From positions 9,920,001-9,984,000 of the forward strand of contig OZ176053.1 in the NCBI GenBank assembly GCA_964247055.1: a DNA stretch of 64,000 bases. Reading direction: 5' to 3'. The position numbers and the translations under genes are program-made. This DNA is from Paragordius varius. Its lineage: Eukaryota; Animalia; Nematomorpha. The notes beneath the pieces are model-generated. The model saw nothing but the letters and a program-made list of their open reading frames with translations. It was not told the DNA's origin and did no database searches. Of this stretch, positions 38,314-51,761 are shown piece by piece; within the stretch, counting starts at the first letter, position 1, and each line of letters opens with the position of its first letter.

Positions 38314-38483
38314 AATATGAATCTTAGGAATTGCAACAAACAAGCGAACAAATTGCCAATTATGACGTTCCCGATATTTCAGAAATGATGGCTTCTACCT
38401 TTAGTTCGTTTGTTGGTAAAGATTCTGCTAAATCTGGAACTACAAAATCCAAACATACTGTCAAACGAAGATCTAAAAATTAG
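36125..38483 (+). CDS. EMC7: ER membrane protein complex subunit 7, 5 exons
   Basis: Exons 36125-36300, 36328-36457, 36480-36608, 36633-36713, 38328-38483: signal peptide, FMVEGK, PGSYVLEV..VRVDISKVGKIRAR, PYPL, DFLMNPMVLMMVLPL, PDISEMM, basic tail ending TAG. Introns are 27, 22, 24 and 1614 nt. Confidence 0.95.
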
Positions 38484-39218
38484 ATGAGAAAAATTGTTCA
38501 TGACATTTATAATTATAATTAATTATATGTATAAGTAAATAAATTAATATTGAATGTTAATTACGTTTAGGTAATTATTAAGGATATATAGGTTATTTTA
38601 TCACTTACATGCCATTTATCAGTATTATTTTAATCGAAAATTAGGCTTTTCATGGATATAAAATCTTTTTTAAATCAAAAATATATCTACCTTATTATAA
38701 TAAGAAAAAAATCACATTTGTTTAATCGCTAAAAACAAATTAAAATATTTTAAATCAATTATGAATTATTATTAAATGATGGAAATTAATATTTTACTTT
38801 TTACACATTTCCCTATTTTGGAAAGATTTTGGTATATAAAATTTGCTTGATTCGTATCAATTAATGGCCTCGTGATCACACTTTATTTTGGGTCATTTTT
38901 TCAGAAATCCATTTGTATGTTATACGAGGACAATCAGGCCGAAAAGAGTAGAACCAGAATTGAATTGGTTACTTAATATAGTGGTTCCGGAATTTAAGAT
39001 AGTTCTTGAATGTTTACAAATGGTTTATAAAACATTTTTATTTTAAAAATCAAAACGAAAATATTAAATATTACTTATTAATAATATTTATTGGAAAAAA
39101 TTGCAAAGAACAATATTATTTGCATCTCTATTGATTATCACATTTTTTTATAAGAAAATAATTTTAAAATTTAAATTATTTTTCACTAATATAAAATTTA
39201 AATTCGTAGAGCTTTGTT

Positions 39219-39900
39219 TCACAGGCATGCATTATATTTAAAAACTTGAGTTGCTGGTACGGCCATTCTATTGGCCCTTTTATAGAAATCTAGGTCATTT
39301 CCCCACCTTTTCAATACATTAACTGACGGGGGGAAGGTATTGACAAATTCATCAATGGTGGCTTTAAATTTAATGAAGGTAAGAATGTTTTTGTATTTTT
39401 GCCGGCGATAAATCTAAAATCGTCTGTAATATTAGTATTTACAAAAATAATAACATTTCCTTTAGTAATGCGTTTGCACAGCATCAATAAATGGCGTCGA
39501 GCCATATTCCGCGAAACTTATATTTTTTATATCACATCTAAATACGCAGTGGCATAAATAACACCATTTTTGAGGCATTTTTCCTCTCTTTTTAATAAAC
39601 AGTCAAACTAAAGGGAACCTTAAAATAAATGCAGTAATGACCATTTTTTCTTAACTTTCTTTTGCTAAGAACCACGTATTTGGATTGTGGAAACAAGTTT
39701 AAGGGATATTCCTGACGGTATTTATATATATCAATGGTTTAGACATTAATAAAGATGAGATAACAGCTCTAAAAATATTTTTGGGTTTTCCACTCAGAAC
39801 CTAATATATATACCGTTTTGTCAAAAATGACTACTCAACTATAGTTTGACACAATTTCGGCCATTGCATTGTATCTTAAGAGTAGCCGAAAACCAGAAAT
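39219..39900 (-). CDS. Probable small spliced gene of unknown product (terminal exon 39219-39413)
   Basis: After a TTTTAG acceptor, an open 64-codon frame reads IYRRQKYKNILTFIKFKATIDEFVNTFPPSVNVLKRWGNDLDFYKRANRMAVPATQVFKYNACL*. Upstream 21-41 nt GT-AG candidates can link it to further exons. No family recognised. Confidence 0.35.
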
Positions 39901-40177
39901 TTATAGAGCTTAATATATGATAAATGGTAAATAATTCCTATCAGATAATTTTTTATGTGGAGTATATTTACCACTTTATGACCTTTTGGGGTAGTTTTAT
40001 ATCCCAAAGCCATTTATAATATAATATCTTAAAAAATATTTTTCACACTGGGCCAAATTTGATGTATGCTTTCTTTATTTTAGGCATATGATACAAATAT
40101 TTTTAAAAAAGATATTGTAAAAAATCATCATTCAAACCTTTTCTCCGCCATTTTTTCTTTATTATTTTAACATTTAA

Positions 40178-40723
40178 CACTTCGATTCAAATTGGGGTAT
40201 CTAAATACCCCAGACTAAATTTGAGTTAGGATTTTTACCAAAACTACTAAAGAAAATGGTCCCAATTTAAATTTATGCGTCTATCCTAATAAAAATTAAA
40301 TAAATATGCCAAAATATCTAAATAAAATTTTGTTTTGAAAAAAAAGCTCCATGGCAAACTACTTGGTCGCCATTTTCATTTTACAAAAATTTTGCAGAAT
40401 ATCGTTATCGTCTTTAATTAATTTTAAGGGTAAAATTAAAGCTAATTTTTGATCTAAATTACAACTAACATTGATAGAAATAGAAAAAACTGTTTATTTT
40501 ATATTGTATTTCAATTTTACCATTGCACGCATGTCACATTGACTAAATTTTTACCTTTCGGTTTTAGCTTTAAATAAGTAATATCAAGTATTTTTCAAAA
40601 TAATTTTTTATATATTTGGCTTTATTTATGTTATATAAGTGCAAGATTTTGCCATTCATTCCATATTTTTTAAAGAATTTAATTCGAATCGAAGGACTAA
40701 AATAAATGTGGTGTATCCAAGTG
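40178..40723 (+). mobile_element. piggyBac-like MITE (family 1)
   Basis: Both termini present; flanks TTAA / CTAA. Confidence 0.8.
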
Positions 40724-40896
40724 CTAATAACCTTTTCACTTTTAAGTCCGCAATGACAAATTGGGTAGTTATATGTATCATAGCTCAATGCTGTAAATGA
40801 ATTTTGAAGGCTAATTTTGTTAAAATTTATTTATCAAACTTTTTTCGCTTGTATTTGATATAAGCTCATATTTTTACAGTTTTGTAACGTCTAAAG

Positions 40897-41150
40897 CAGG
40901 GATGTTAAACACAAATGGCTTTGCTGGCCACATACGAAATATATATGGGCATTCATAAGATATTTATTAATCAAACATAAAACTGTAAAATTAAAATATA
41001 ACAATTTCTTCTAGTTCTTGCCAATTTTGGATAAATATATATTAAAAATTTATTTACTAAATATCATTATCATTAAGAATTTAAGAGAGTATCATTTAAA
41101 TTAATAGATTTCCAAATTTTTCGCGGGCCGCACACAAAGACTCGAGGGCC
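40897..41150. mobile_element. Probable hAT-type MITE remnant
   Basis: CAGGGATGTTAAAC start and CGCGGGCCGCAC...GAGGGCCG subterminal motifs. Similar GGCCACCCCT/GACCACCCCTG ends lie near 30860 and 25770. Confidence 0.35.
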
Positions 41151-41478
41151 GACACTGTGTAATATACAGGAGATGTGGGTTCAACAATTATATTCAATTA
41201 AAACAACTCTCAACCATAGTTGTTTACTACTTGCATCTATGGGGTTAGGCGCAAACCAAATTGTAAGACATGATTATATGAATTTAAGATATATTTTAAA
41301 AAACACGATATTTTACTCCGCAACTTGTAATAAATAATTGTCCTATTGTTGGTAAACATTTTTTTAAAATACGCCATAAATATAATTTACCGTTTTTATT
41401 TAATAATATCAATTTATCCTGGATATCCAATTACTTAACAAGAATCAAAAATATTATGCAACATCTTGTGAAATTGAC

Positions 41479-43170
41479 ACTTCGATTTAAATTGGGTAAC
41501 TAGTGACACCAGACTATATTTAAAATATCATTAAAAAATACTCAAGGCGACGGTTCCAATTCAAATTTAAGCTTCTATCCTAAAAAAATTATATTAATAA
41601 GCTAAATTATCACAAACTTTTTAGATCGTTTTATATCCCATAGCGATTAAAAATTTGAATATTTTAAAAAGTGTTTAAGATATAAAACGAATTTTTTTTG
41701 GCCTTTTAGGCACATTGAACAATTTTTTTAAAAAAAGTAAAATCTTAAAAAATCCTGAAGATATAAATCCCCACACAATAAATAAGGTGATATTTTTAAC
41801 TACTAAAAGAAATGGTTCCAAGTCGAATTTATGCTTCTATCCCAATAAAAATTATATAAATAAGCCAAAATATCTAAAAAAATCTACTTGAAAAAAAAAG
41901 TTATGTCAGACCAGTTAGACGCCATTTTTATTTTACAGCATTTTTGCAAAATATCAGGTTAATTTTAAAGCTAGAATTAGAGCGAATTTTTTATTTAATC
42001 ACATCTAATATTAATAGAAACAAAAATTGTTTTATTTTCTATTATCTTAAAATATCGATAATTCACACATGTCAGATTGATTAAATTAATTTTTGGTTTT
42101 ACTTTAAAATATTTTTGAATGATTTTTTTATATTTTGGTTTAATGTTATTTAAATGCAAGCTTTTGCCATGGTTATTCCATATTTTTTAATTATTTAATT
42201 TTAAATAGCCCTGAGGGTCAAACTACCCCAAATTGAATCGAAGGACTGAAATTAATGTGTTGTATGCACGTTTAATAAGCTTTCAGACTACTTTTTACCG
42301 GCAAAAACTTAATATTTTTGATTTTGTTGTTTTAATCGTGTTTTACAAAACTTATCTTTTTATCTAATTGAGAAAAATGTCTGATAATTAAATTTTAACT
42401 AAAATAACTTTCCAAATTGTAGTTTATTTAATTACATAAATGAGCTTTGGAATTTAACTACAAAAGATAAACTAACTGCTAAATAAAATTATGTTTTTAT
42501 ATCTGTATTTCAAACTGCTTCGACGTGATTTCTTACTTTTTGCAAAATATCGCGTTTTTGTAATTCTAATGCTAAAGTTAAAGTAAATTTTTATGGTTAC
42601 ATCTAACGTTAACACTTGACAACATATTCATTTTAGTCCTTCGATTCAAATTAGGGTAGTTTAATACCCCAGGCCTGTTTAAAAATGAATTCTTAAAAAA
42701 ATATGGAAGGAATCGAAACCATGGCAAAATCTTGCACTTTAACATTAATAAACCGAAATATATAAAAAATTTATCAAAAATACTTGATATTACTTATTTT
42801 AAGCTAAAACCAAAAATTAAAAATTTAGTCATCGTCACATGCGTGCTATGGTAATATCGAAAAATAATACAAAATAAACCTATTTTTCTATTTCTATCAA
42901 TATTAGATAAAATTTAAATAAAGAATTAGCTTTAATTTTACCCTTAAAATTAAATGAAGACGATATTTTCCAAAAATTTTGTATAATAAAAATGGCGTCA
43001 TATTTTTGTATATGTCAAGTGTGCCCTATACCACACTTGCAATTTATTCAAGTTCTTCTTAATCATATGATTTTTTATCACCTTCTGTTCAAGTTTTCTT
43101 GCTTGACTTAAGTGCCCTAATGTTAATTTTTTTAACACATGAAAGCAAGCCATGACTTGAAAAACTTGTA
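41479..43170. repeat. Cluster of degenerate/truncated family-1 MITEs (41479-42280, 42613-43005) and a PIF/Harbinger-like fragment (~43013-43170)
   Basis: Family-1 motifs on both strands. 43013-43170 matches 53147-53300. Confidence 0.7.
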
Positions 43171-43469
43171 CACTCGTAATCTTTAACAACTTACTAAATA
43201 AAATCACAAATTTTCCCGGGTACAAAAAAGTAGAGTGGTCTGTCAGACTCACAATCCTGTAGAGGGAATTCACATTAATTTTCAATAACATCCACAATAG
43301 GTATAGTTTTAAATGTTGGATAATTATGTAAATGAATTTATTTTCCGTGCTGCAAACATATTTAACGCACAATTCGATGTTACATGTTAATTAAAATAAT
43401 ATGTATGTATGTATGTATGTTGCATTTTTCTGAAAATATAATTGTAAAATATTGGATTATTTAATGGAT

Positions 43470-45554
43470 CTACGCCTCCTTTGATAAAACTCCGTCATCA
43501 TCATACAACGAATAATCGATTATTCCTTCATCGTTAGGATCGACTTTTTCCACGTATTGTGGGGGATTAGCAAACCGTCCTTTGAATAAAATGCTCTTTT
43601 TTTCTTCAATCACAAAAAATAAATGCGGGCGATTAATTATAATAGCTGGGGTTGATGATGTTTCCAATGGGTCCACATAAGATGTCTCTAAAATATCTGT
43701 GCTTGTTCCAGCACCCAATGGTGTAACGCTAAACCGTGTATTATGATAAATGTGAGATAGGTTTAAAACTTCAGATGCCGGCTTCCCATCAATCCCAAAC
43801 AATAAATCTATTTTGCTATATATATATATATATATATATATGTAAAAGTAGGCGCAGTATGTGCAAATAAACATTGCTAGTTTTTCATTCAAAGCGTATT
43901 ATTATTAGCTTTTTTCTTATTTTTTTATCAATTATGCTCTAAGCTGTATACGCTATCCAGTATTTAGCCAAGTCTAGTTACTGACAATGTTATAGTATTA
44001 TAGTTTTACAAAAAATTTTAAAAGACCTGTGACAGAACCCACACAATTTAAAACGTGAATTTAATGGTTTTTACTTTTTATGGCATGATAACTCTTTAGA
44101 AAATATGTTGAGCAAATTCAAATTTGTTTGCATATCCATGTAGGGTACCTGGATCGTTCCATGATAAACAGGATATTTTCGTTTGCTAAATTGATGGAAA
44201 ACATTGGGTTGACTTTTAAGATTTAGTTCGAGACGTGTCACGTTGGAATCATTGGGTAAAATATATATCATTTTATATTTCTTTTTAAATGGGATGGCTA
44301 TAATTTGAGCCCTTAGCTCAGGATATTGGCCATACTGAAAATTCATGTCTTTAGCAACAATCATTGGGATGGAAACTTGACCGTTTATGCCGTAAAATGT
44401 GTCCAAACCCAAACTAAAAGTGGTATATAATAAATTTTTGAGATGGTGTAAAAATATAAATTTACATATCGAATTCTTTGGACCATAAGCTTCTGAAATT
44501 CATGCTTCCACCAATCATGAAAGCGGATTTTGAGCTAACCGTATCTAAATGTTCGGGACTATGAAAGTATCCATGAGTCTTTTGCCGATATAAAAGGCTT
44601 ACAATTTTGCTTGGAGCTGTATTTGATAAAAGATTAGATCTAGTAATATGGGCACTGAACAATGCGATATTTTCATCTATCCGATAATCAAAATATCGTC
44701 TGTATTTCATACCATCTATGTATATTACATTAAATAGTTTAAGGTGAGTTATGTCAGTTGTTCCAGATTTCGGAACTTTCTTTAGAGCTCTGGAAAGTTG
44801 TCCACAACCTTCAGGAGGAAGTAGACCCTTTATTTTGTTTGGACATGATGAAGTAAACTGTAAAAAGCTTAAGCTTAATTGAATGCCAGCCGGAGAGAAA
44901 ATGTAATCTTCTTGGCCATTTTTAAAGATATTTTTTAGGGAAATCACGTTTGCTAAAATAACCTAGATATAAATAACAAAAATACAATTAAATAAATAAA
45001 TTAAATTATATAAAGTTTAATTCTATGCTGTTTAAATGGAAATTCAGTATGACTAAGTATACGTTGCTAATTTAATTACCCCGATTGTATAATAATATAA
45101 AAATTCATGGCAAATCTGCATTATGACCCTTTTTGAAAAAGAAGGTTTTACCCTTTGTTTAAAATTTAATTATTGAAAAATATAAAAATAACAAATTCTA
45201 ATATTTAGAATATACTTTTATTATATTTAACTTGAAAAATCCCAAAACTAGTTAGTTTGCTGGAAGGTCCATGCAATTTTTGACAATTTTATTTACCTTA
45301 ATTAAATACATAGTACATGTTAGGAGTTTTTTTTAAATTTATGGGTGTTTAATTTAATTCTTATTTTGAGAAGGGAAGAGTGATCATTTTATGGAAGTTT
45401 CTTTATAAAACAATAACCTTTTAACTGTTTTTTAATATACAATTAATTATACCTGATCTCGTAACACATTGTATTTATTAGGTTCGTTTTTCAAGGTGAT
45501 TGCATTGGCAATAATATAACTAGTGAGGATAATGTAAAGAAAAAATCGATGCAT
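43470..45554 (-). CDS. Secreted serpin, probably non-inhibitory, with an acidic C-terminal extension; 4 exons
   Basis: Exons 45453-45554 (signal peptide MHRFFLYIILTSYIIANA), 44466-44962, 44075-44413, 43470-43815. Serpin motifs IFSPAGI, LFNVIYI, MNFRSLWSKEF, MIYILP, INRPHLFFV, ILFKGRFANP. Introns are 490, 52 and 259 nt. Confidence 0.88.
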
Positions 45555-46982
45555 ATTTACTGAAAAAAAATTATATTAATTATCGTAGATCTCCTATACT
45601 TATATAGTTTTCAGAAGTCAACATTGTGATTATCTTATTAATATTTACATAAATAAAGAGCTGTGATTTGAATACTTAACAACAATTGGCAAATATTGAC
45701 TGACGTGTAAAACAATAATTATTATGTACAATACTCTGGTGCATATTGCTTGTTCCGGCCGCAAATATTTAAATAGCTATATACTTATTTACGTCATATA
45801 CAATATAAGTGACAATAAGATACATTTTCGAATTGAAGTTTTTGGATGTCTACTATTGACCTTGGCCTGCTAACACAGTGCCTTAATATTTAAATATTTT
45901 ATCAGATCAATAGTTAACTTAAATATCTACTTTAATCTTTATCAAGAGTTAAAAAAATTATGATTGTTTTTGGTATATCTATAGTCAAAATTTTAAGGCC
46001 GAGATATAACTTTGCGAACACGTTGTCATTTGTCAATTTTTTAATTAAAATTTTTTATGGCTTTAATAAATTGTAACATCTCTATTAGAGGTGGTATTGA
46101 AGTTATTTATTATTATACAAAAGCATTGACTATAATGAACGTAACTTTATATGTCCTTTAGAATTACGATCGCCAAATAAGGAATCTTGAATTTTTTTAT
46201 AACAAATTACATATAAAGTTGAATATTAAATCTGCCGTGCGTCGCATATTATTAGTATTGTAATAGATATGTGAACACTTCATGACCTTTTTATTCTTTG
46301 TACCTGATGACATTATGGGGTATTTTTTACCCCAGAGCTTAAAAGAAGTCAACAAACTTGTTTTGAAATTTAATGATTTAACACTTTTTTATGTAATAGA
46401 TAAAGAAATAATTAATTTAACAAAAATTCCCGAATTTTGATCAAAAACACAATTGAAAACAACTGATTACAAAATCGATAAATATTAAAAATAGGGTTTT
46501 TGAAAGAACTCTTTCAATTAATATTTTTCAAACATAATATGTATTTATTTGCCCATTTACGATTAAAAAAATAATAAAAAAGAATGGCGGTGAAAATATT
46601 TGAGATGAGGTCTTATAATTTTATATCTTTTTCAAAAAATTTTGTATCATAGGCGTAATAAGCTTAAAAGGCAAATTTTCTAATTTGGCCGAATGCTAAA
46701 AATATATTTTAAGAAAAATAAATTTAAAATAGACCTGGAGTATAAAACCACAAAAGGTAAAAATTGTTAACACTCCATTACCTTTTGGGGTAGTTTTATA
46801 TCCCAGAGCATCGGAAATTCGAATATCTTAAACAGTAATGTATTAAGCCGATTGTAAAATAATACTTGTATCCTATTAGGCGCATTATACAATTTTTTTT
46901 TAAATAAATGTTAAATTATAAAAAATTCTCATCCTAAACTTTTTTGCCGCCATTTTTTTCTATAAATTTTTTAAATCGTTAA

Positions 46983-48563
46983 CACTTGGATACAACACAC
47001 TCATTTTAATCATTCGATTCAAATTGGGGTAGTTGGATACCCCAGTCCTGTTCAAAATCAAATACTTTATAATGTATAGAAGGAATGGAAACCACTTATA
47101 TAACATTAATAACTAAAAAATATATTCAAAAATACTTGATATTACTTATTTTAAGCTAATACCGAAAGGTAAAAATTTCGTCAACCTGACATGTGTGAAA
47201 TGGTAAAATTAAAAAATAATACAAAAAACACCGTTTTTTCTATTTCTATCAATGTTAGATGGAATTTAAATTAAATATTAGCATTAATTTTACCCTTCAA
47301 ATTAATTGAAGACGATATTTTGCAAAAAATTTGTATAATAAAAATGGCGTCGAAGTAGTTTGACATGGAACTTTTTTTAAAACAAAATTCTGTGTAGAAA
47401 TTTGAGCATATTTATATAATGGGTCGGGTGATAAAAAATTTTTTTTGACTTGACTTGCAAGTTTTTCAAGTCAAGGCTTGCTTTCATGTGATAAAAAAAT
47501 TTAACATTACACGACTAAAGTCAAGCAAGAAAACTTGATAAGGAGGTGATAAAAAATCATATGATCAAGTAAAACTTAAAGATTTTGCAAGTGTGGTGTT
47601 GGGCACACTTGACAGATTTAAAAATATGGATAAAATTATTTTGGAAACTATTTTTGTATAAAATTTAGGTTTTATATGTAATTCAAACCTTTGTTAATGC
47701 TATAAGTTGTTAATTTTATAAACTTTGGCTAATTAATTTATTCATTGGGTGGATATAAAAGAGGATAAATTTACAGAAAAACTCTGCTAATATTTAATAA
47801 CATGGCATATAAAAATATGCTAATATCAATTCCGTGACCGCAAAAAAAATTGGATTCTCGAAAATTTCTTAAAATTAATAATTAAATATTAATCTTGTAA
47901 AATTTTAAATCTTCGTTTATAAGCAAAACTTCACTATTAACCATTGTAAAGAATTTATTTCATCGTAAATTTATTTCGAATGTAATGTTTATAATCAATT
48001 AAAAATAATTATGTTATATTGTATCAACATCTCATTATATTTGCAACTGGACTCCAAACAAAAGTAGTGTGGTAAAATAATGGAAAGTGTTTTAAGGGCG
48101 AATGGTTTCATCAATCTAAAAATTATTACCAGGCTCACAATTAAGAACACTCTATATATTAAATAAGATACGTGCCAGTGAGTTTGAAAAACTTCAATAA
48201 ATGCATATTGTATTAATTGTTTATCTTTTTGTGCCCTATTTCATAAAATTTGGTTGAAAATGATCAAAAAAGTTTCCATAAAATTCGAATTGGGTGGCAA
48301 AAAACTGTTACATTCATAAGCAAAAAACTTGACTTAAGTGTTTTTTTTATCACCGATCTTCAAGTGTACACTTGCTGGCTTAAGTAATCTTGCTCAACTT
48401 GTCACGCTTGGCTTACAAGTCAAGTGCGACTTTTTTATCACCCGACCCAATATTTATTAGGATAAAAGCATAAATTTATGGGACCGTTTCTTTCAGTAGT
48501 TTTTTAAGAATCCTAACATAAATTTAGTCTGGGGTATTTAGACACCTTAATTTGAATGAAGTG
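46983..48563 (-). mobile_element. piggyBac-like MITE (family 1) interrupted by a PIF/Harbinger-like element
   Basis: TTAA|CACTTGGATAC at 46983. The MITE sequence resumes after 48451 and ends near 48563. Confidence 0.8.
47421..48448 (+). mobile_element. Non-autonomous PIF/Harbinger-like element, ~1030 bp
   Basis: TIRs GGGTCGGGTGATAAAAAA / TTTTTTATCACCCGACCC; 3-bp TSD AAT; no long ORF. Confidence 0.75.
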
Positions 48564-48704
48564 TGATTATAAAAAAGTGCTTTATATCATCTTTATATTT
48601 AGCTAATTCACACTAAATTTTTTTCTTCGAATTTATCTATATAAGAAGTAATGCTTTTTTTATTCATGAGCGAAAATTTCGAATGGTACTAACATAGCTT
48701 TTAA

Positions 48705-49234
48705 CACTTGGATACAACACATTCATTAATCCTGGATTCATATTGGGGTAGTTCAATACCCCAGACCTGTTTAAAATTAAATTTTTAAAAAATATAGAAG
48801 GAATCAGAACCATGGCAAAATTTTGCACTTATATAACATTAATAAACCGAAATATATAAAAAAATTTATTTATTTTTTAAAAACCGAAAGATAAAAATTT
48901 AGTTAACGTGACATGTGTGAATTGGTAAAATTAAAAAATAATACAAAATAAACTGCTTGTTGTATTTTTATTAATATTAGATGTAATTTAAATTAAAAAG
49001 CCATAATTTTACCCTTAATATTAAATGAAGATATTTTGCAAATATTTTTTAAAATAAAAATGGCGTCGAAATAGTTTGACATGGAACTTTTTTTTTAAAA
49101 CAAAATTTTATTTTGATATTTTGGCTTTTTATTAGGATAGAAGCATATTGGGACCGTTTACTTCAGTAGTTTTTAAAAAATCCTAACTAATATTTAGTAT
49201 GGGGTATTAAGATACCTCAATTTGAATCGAAGTG
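48705..49234 (-). mobile_element. piggyBac-like MITE (family 1)
   Basis: CACTTGGATAC...AATCGAAGTG, with TTAA on both sides. Confidence 0.85.
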
Positions 49235-49754
49235 TTAATAAATATGATTCTTGGGCTCCTAATTTATACAAGTGCTACATCTGAGAAATTTGAAGTAACA
49301 TATGGATGAATATGTAGCGGCCCCACAATGGATTTCAAAATACTCGGTTTTTTATTTATAATTTTAGTCTGAATACAATCTATTATATAATAATGAATTC
49401 AAAAACAAAGTTATAACCTTATCCAGAAAAAATATTAACGAAGAAGTTTATTATTAATTACAATAAAGTTGGGTTTCAGTATTATTGGTGGATTACAATT
49501 TGACTCTCCTATATTTATTCATGAAGTTAATGTTGTATTTGTTTAATAGATTAAACCAAGTTCTAAAATAAGACAATTAGGGGGAGAAGTCGGGGATGAA
49601 ATATTGTTTGTGAATTTCGTAGATTTTAGTATCATTGATATAAACACAGTTTAATTTCATTTTAACATAGGCAATTAATATTTTAAAATCTAATTTAAGC
49701 TTGACCATGGAATTGTACCATTTCCCTTATGGTATAAATCTAATCTATTTTAGG

Positions 49755-51730
49755 TTATGAAAAATTATGCGAACGCCTTTGTATTTCAAAGTGATTTATT
49801 TAATTTTATTAACATCACGGTAATATTATCTCCGCATAGTAATTTGGCAGATTTTTGGGCGATTCCTTTACACGCGCATTGATAGGCCGCATAAATATCA
49901 CTTTCATCTTCCTTAGCTTTTTCCTAAGACATTTTAAATAAAAATATATTAATATTACAATCATTTCATTGACACATTTAATTGCATCTTCGGGTGAAAA
50001 GGCTTTCCAAACACCATCACATGCCAGCAATATAAAGCTAATAATAATTGTAAAAATAAATTAAATATTTTTTATTAATATATTATTGCTTACCTATCGT
50101 TTTCTGATTGCATTTTACATCTTTTGACGCATGGTAAAGAAGTCAATCCAAAACTTTTAAATTTTCCATCTCCAAACGATCGAGATAGTTCAAGGATCCC
50201 ATTTAACCTGCCCTCTCTATATGATATGAGTAGCATAATATATTAAAGTGATAATATGAAAGTAACATTAAAATAGGTTTAATATAAAATATATCATACA
50301 AAGCTTTAATATATAAAGTTTAAAAAAACAAAAACGCCCAAATCAATAATTTATAATCAACTTTAGTAATAAAATATTACATGACTTTTCCACCACACTT
50401 TTGAATACGAACACGTTCTTCATAAACTGAAGGTGAATGATTTTCAGTTAAAACGATTGCTTTTAAACGGTCTGAACTTTGACGACACAAAACAGCCTAA
50501 TGAAAAAATAGCATATTCCATTAAATCAAGAGCTCCTTTTGAACGCTTAAATGTGCTGTTATTTAACTTAAAAAATAAGCTATATAATTATCTTTATTTA
50601 AACTATTATAAATTATTTATCCTTTTGATATATTTTAATCCCCTCTCTTTTACAAAGTATAACAAATTATACTAATTTTAATTAAACTATATTATGATTA
50701 AGAATATAGTGGCGAATAGTGTTATACCCAAATAACAATTTTTTTATATGATTTTTTCATTTAGTGAAATAGGTTTTTGGCTTAATATAAACATAAAGCA
50801 TAAAAAGAGCCCAAAGTAAAATTGGTAATTTCAACAAAAATAAACAATATTTATGTATAAAAATTTGGAATAAACTAATTTAATAAAAACGCCAGTAAGT
50901 TTTACAATATTGTCAACCGGTTATAAAAATTTAACATTGATAAAAATAGTTTTTTATATCAGTTGTTCATGTTATTGAGATATAGGGGGAAATGTCACTA
51001 TCGTTTGTGTAATTTAATGACAATTTATAAAGAGATTATTTTCAGATAATTTGGTAAAAACTCGAACAGATAATTTTTAAAAGGTAACGCATTAAAAATA
51101 ATTAAAACATTCTATCTTTATATTTGGAAACCGGTCCTAATCTAAAATTTTACTTAATCTTGTCAATATACATCAAATAGTCAAATTATAGAATATATTC
51201 AAAGATACTAAAAATGCTCACATTAAATAAGAAAAAAGTTGGTACTAACCATACTGTCACCAATATTAGCAATGTAAATGATAGAATTAATTATTAAGAT
51301 AACAGTAGCAGTTGACCCATCATTCAAAGTAGGTTTACTATTGTAAGCAAATTAAATATACTTTTTTGCTGCCTCGATTAAAAAATTTTCATCTATGGTT
51401 TTAAATATATCTATTAAATTTTTTTTCATATTGTTATTAATTTCATCAATGGACACTAGATAATTATTAATAGGCAACGTTTATTAAATTTAAGTGCTAA
51501 TAAAATAGGTAGGTTTTCTCTGGCATATTTAGCGGCTAACTTTCCATTATGACCATCGAATATTGCATAAAGTTTCACATTTACGTTTTTAGAGTCAGGC
51601 CAGATAACTTGTTCAAAATTTTCATATAAAAGATGATAATCTTGCATTTGTTCTCGCTCACCCTTAAATTCAAACAAAAATGCTTTGATTTCTAATTTTG
51701 TATAAAATAAATACCCCCTGGGTTTTCCAT
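49755..51730 (-). CDS. ILKAP: PP2C/PPM phosphatase, ILKAP type, 8 exons
   Basis: Spliced product MENPGEIKAFLFEFKGEREQMQD...AIFDGH...DGSTAT...YIANIGDS..AVLCR...HSPSVYEERVRIQKCGG...GRLNGILELSRSFGDG...ILLACDGVWK...GDNITVM. KGERE-MQD and YEER-RIQK match ILKAP. Introns are 23, 23, 24, 753, 164, 56 and 35 nt. Upstream exons cannot be excluded. Confidence 0.88.
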
Positions 51731-51761
51731 CTAATGTGTTTTCGCGAATGTATACAATATA

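Noticed and set aside
48400-48413. 14-mer TGTCACGCTTGGCT shared between the Harbinger-like element and the array's left hairpin (4508-4521)
   Set aside because: The match does not extend on either side, so it cannot be distinguished from chance.
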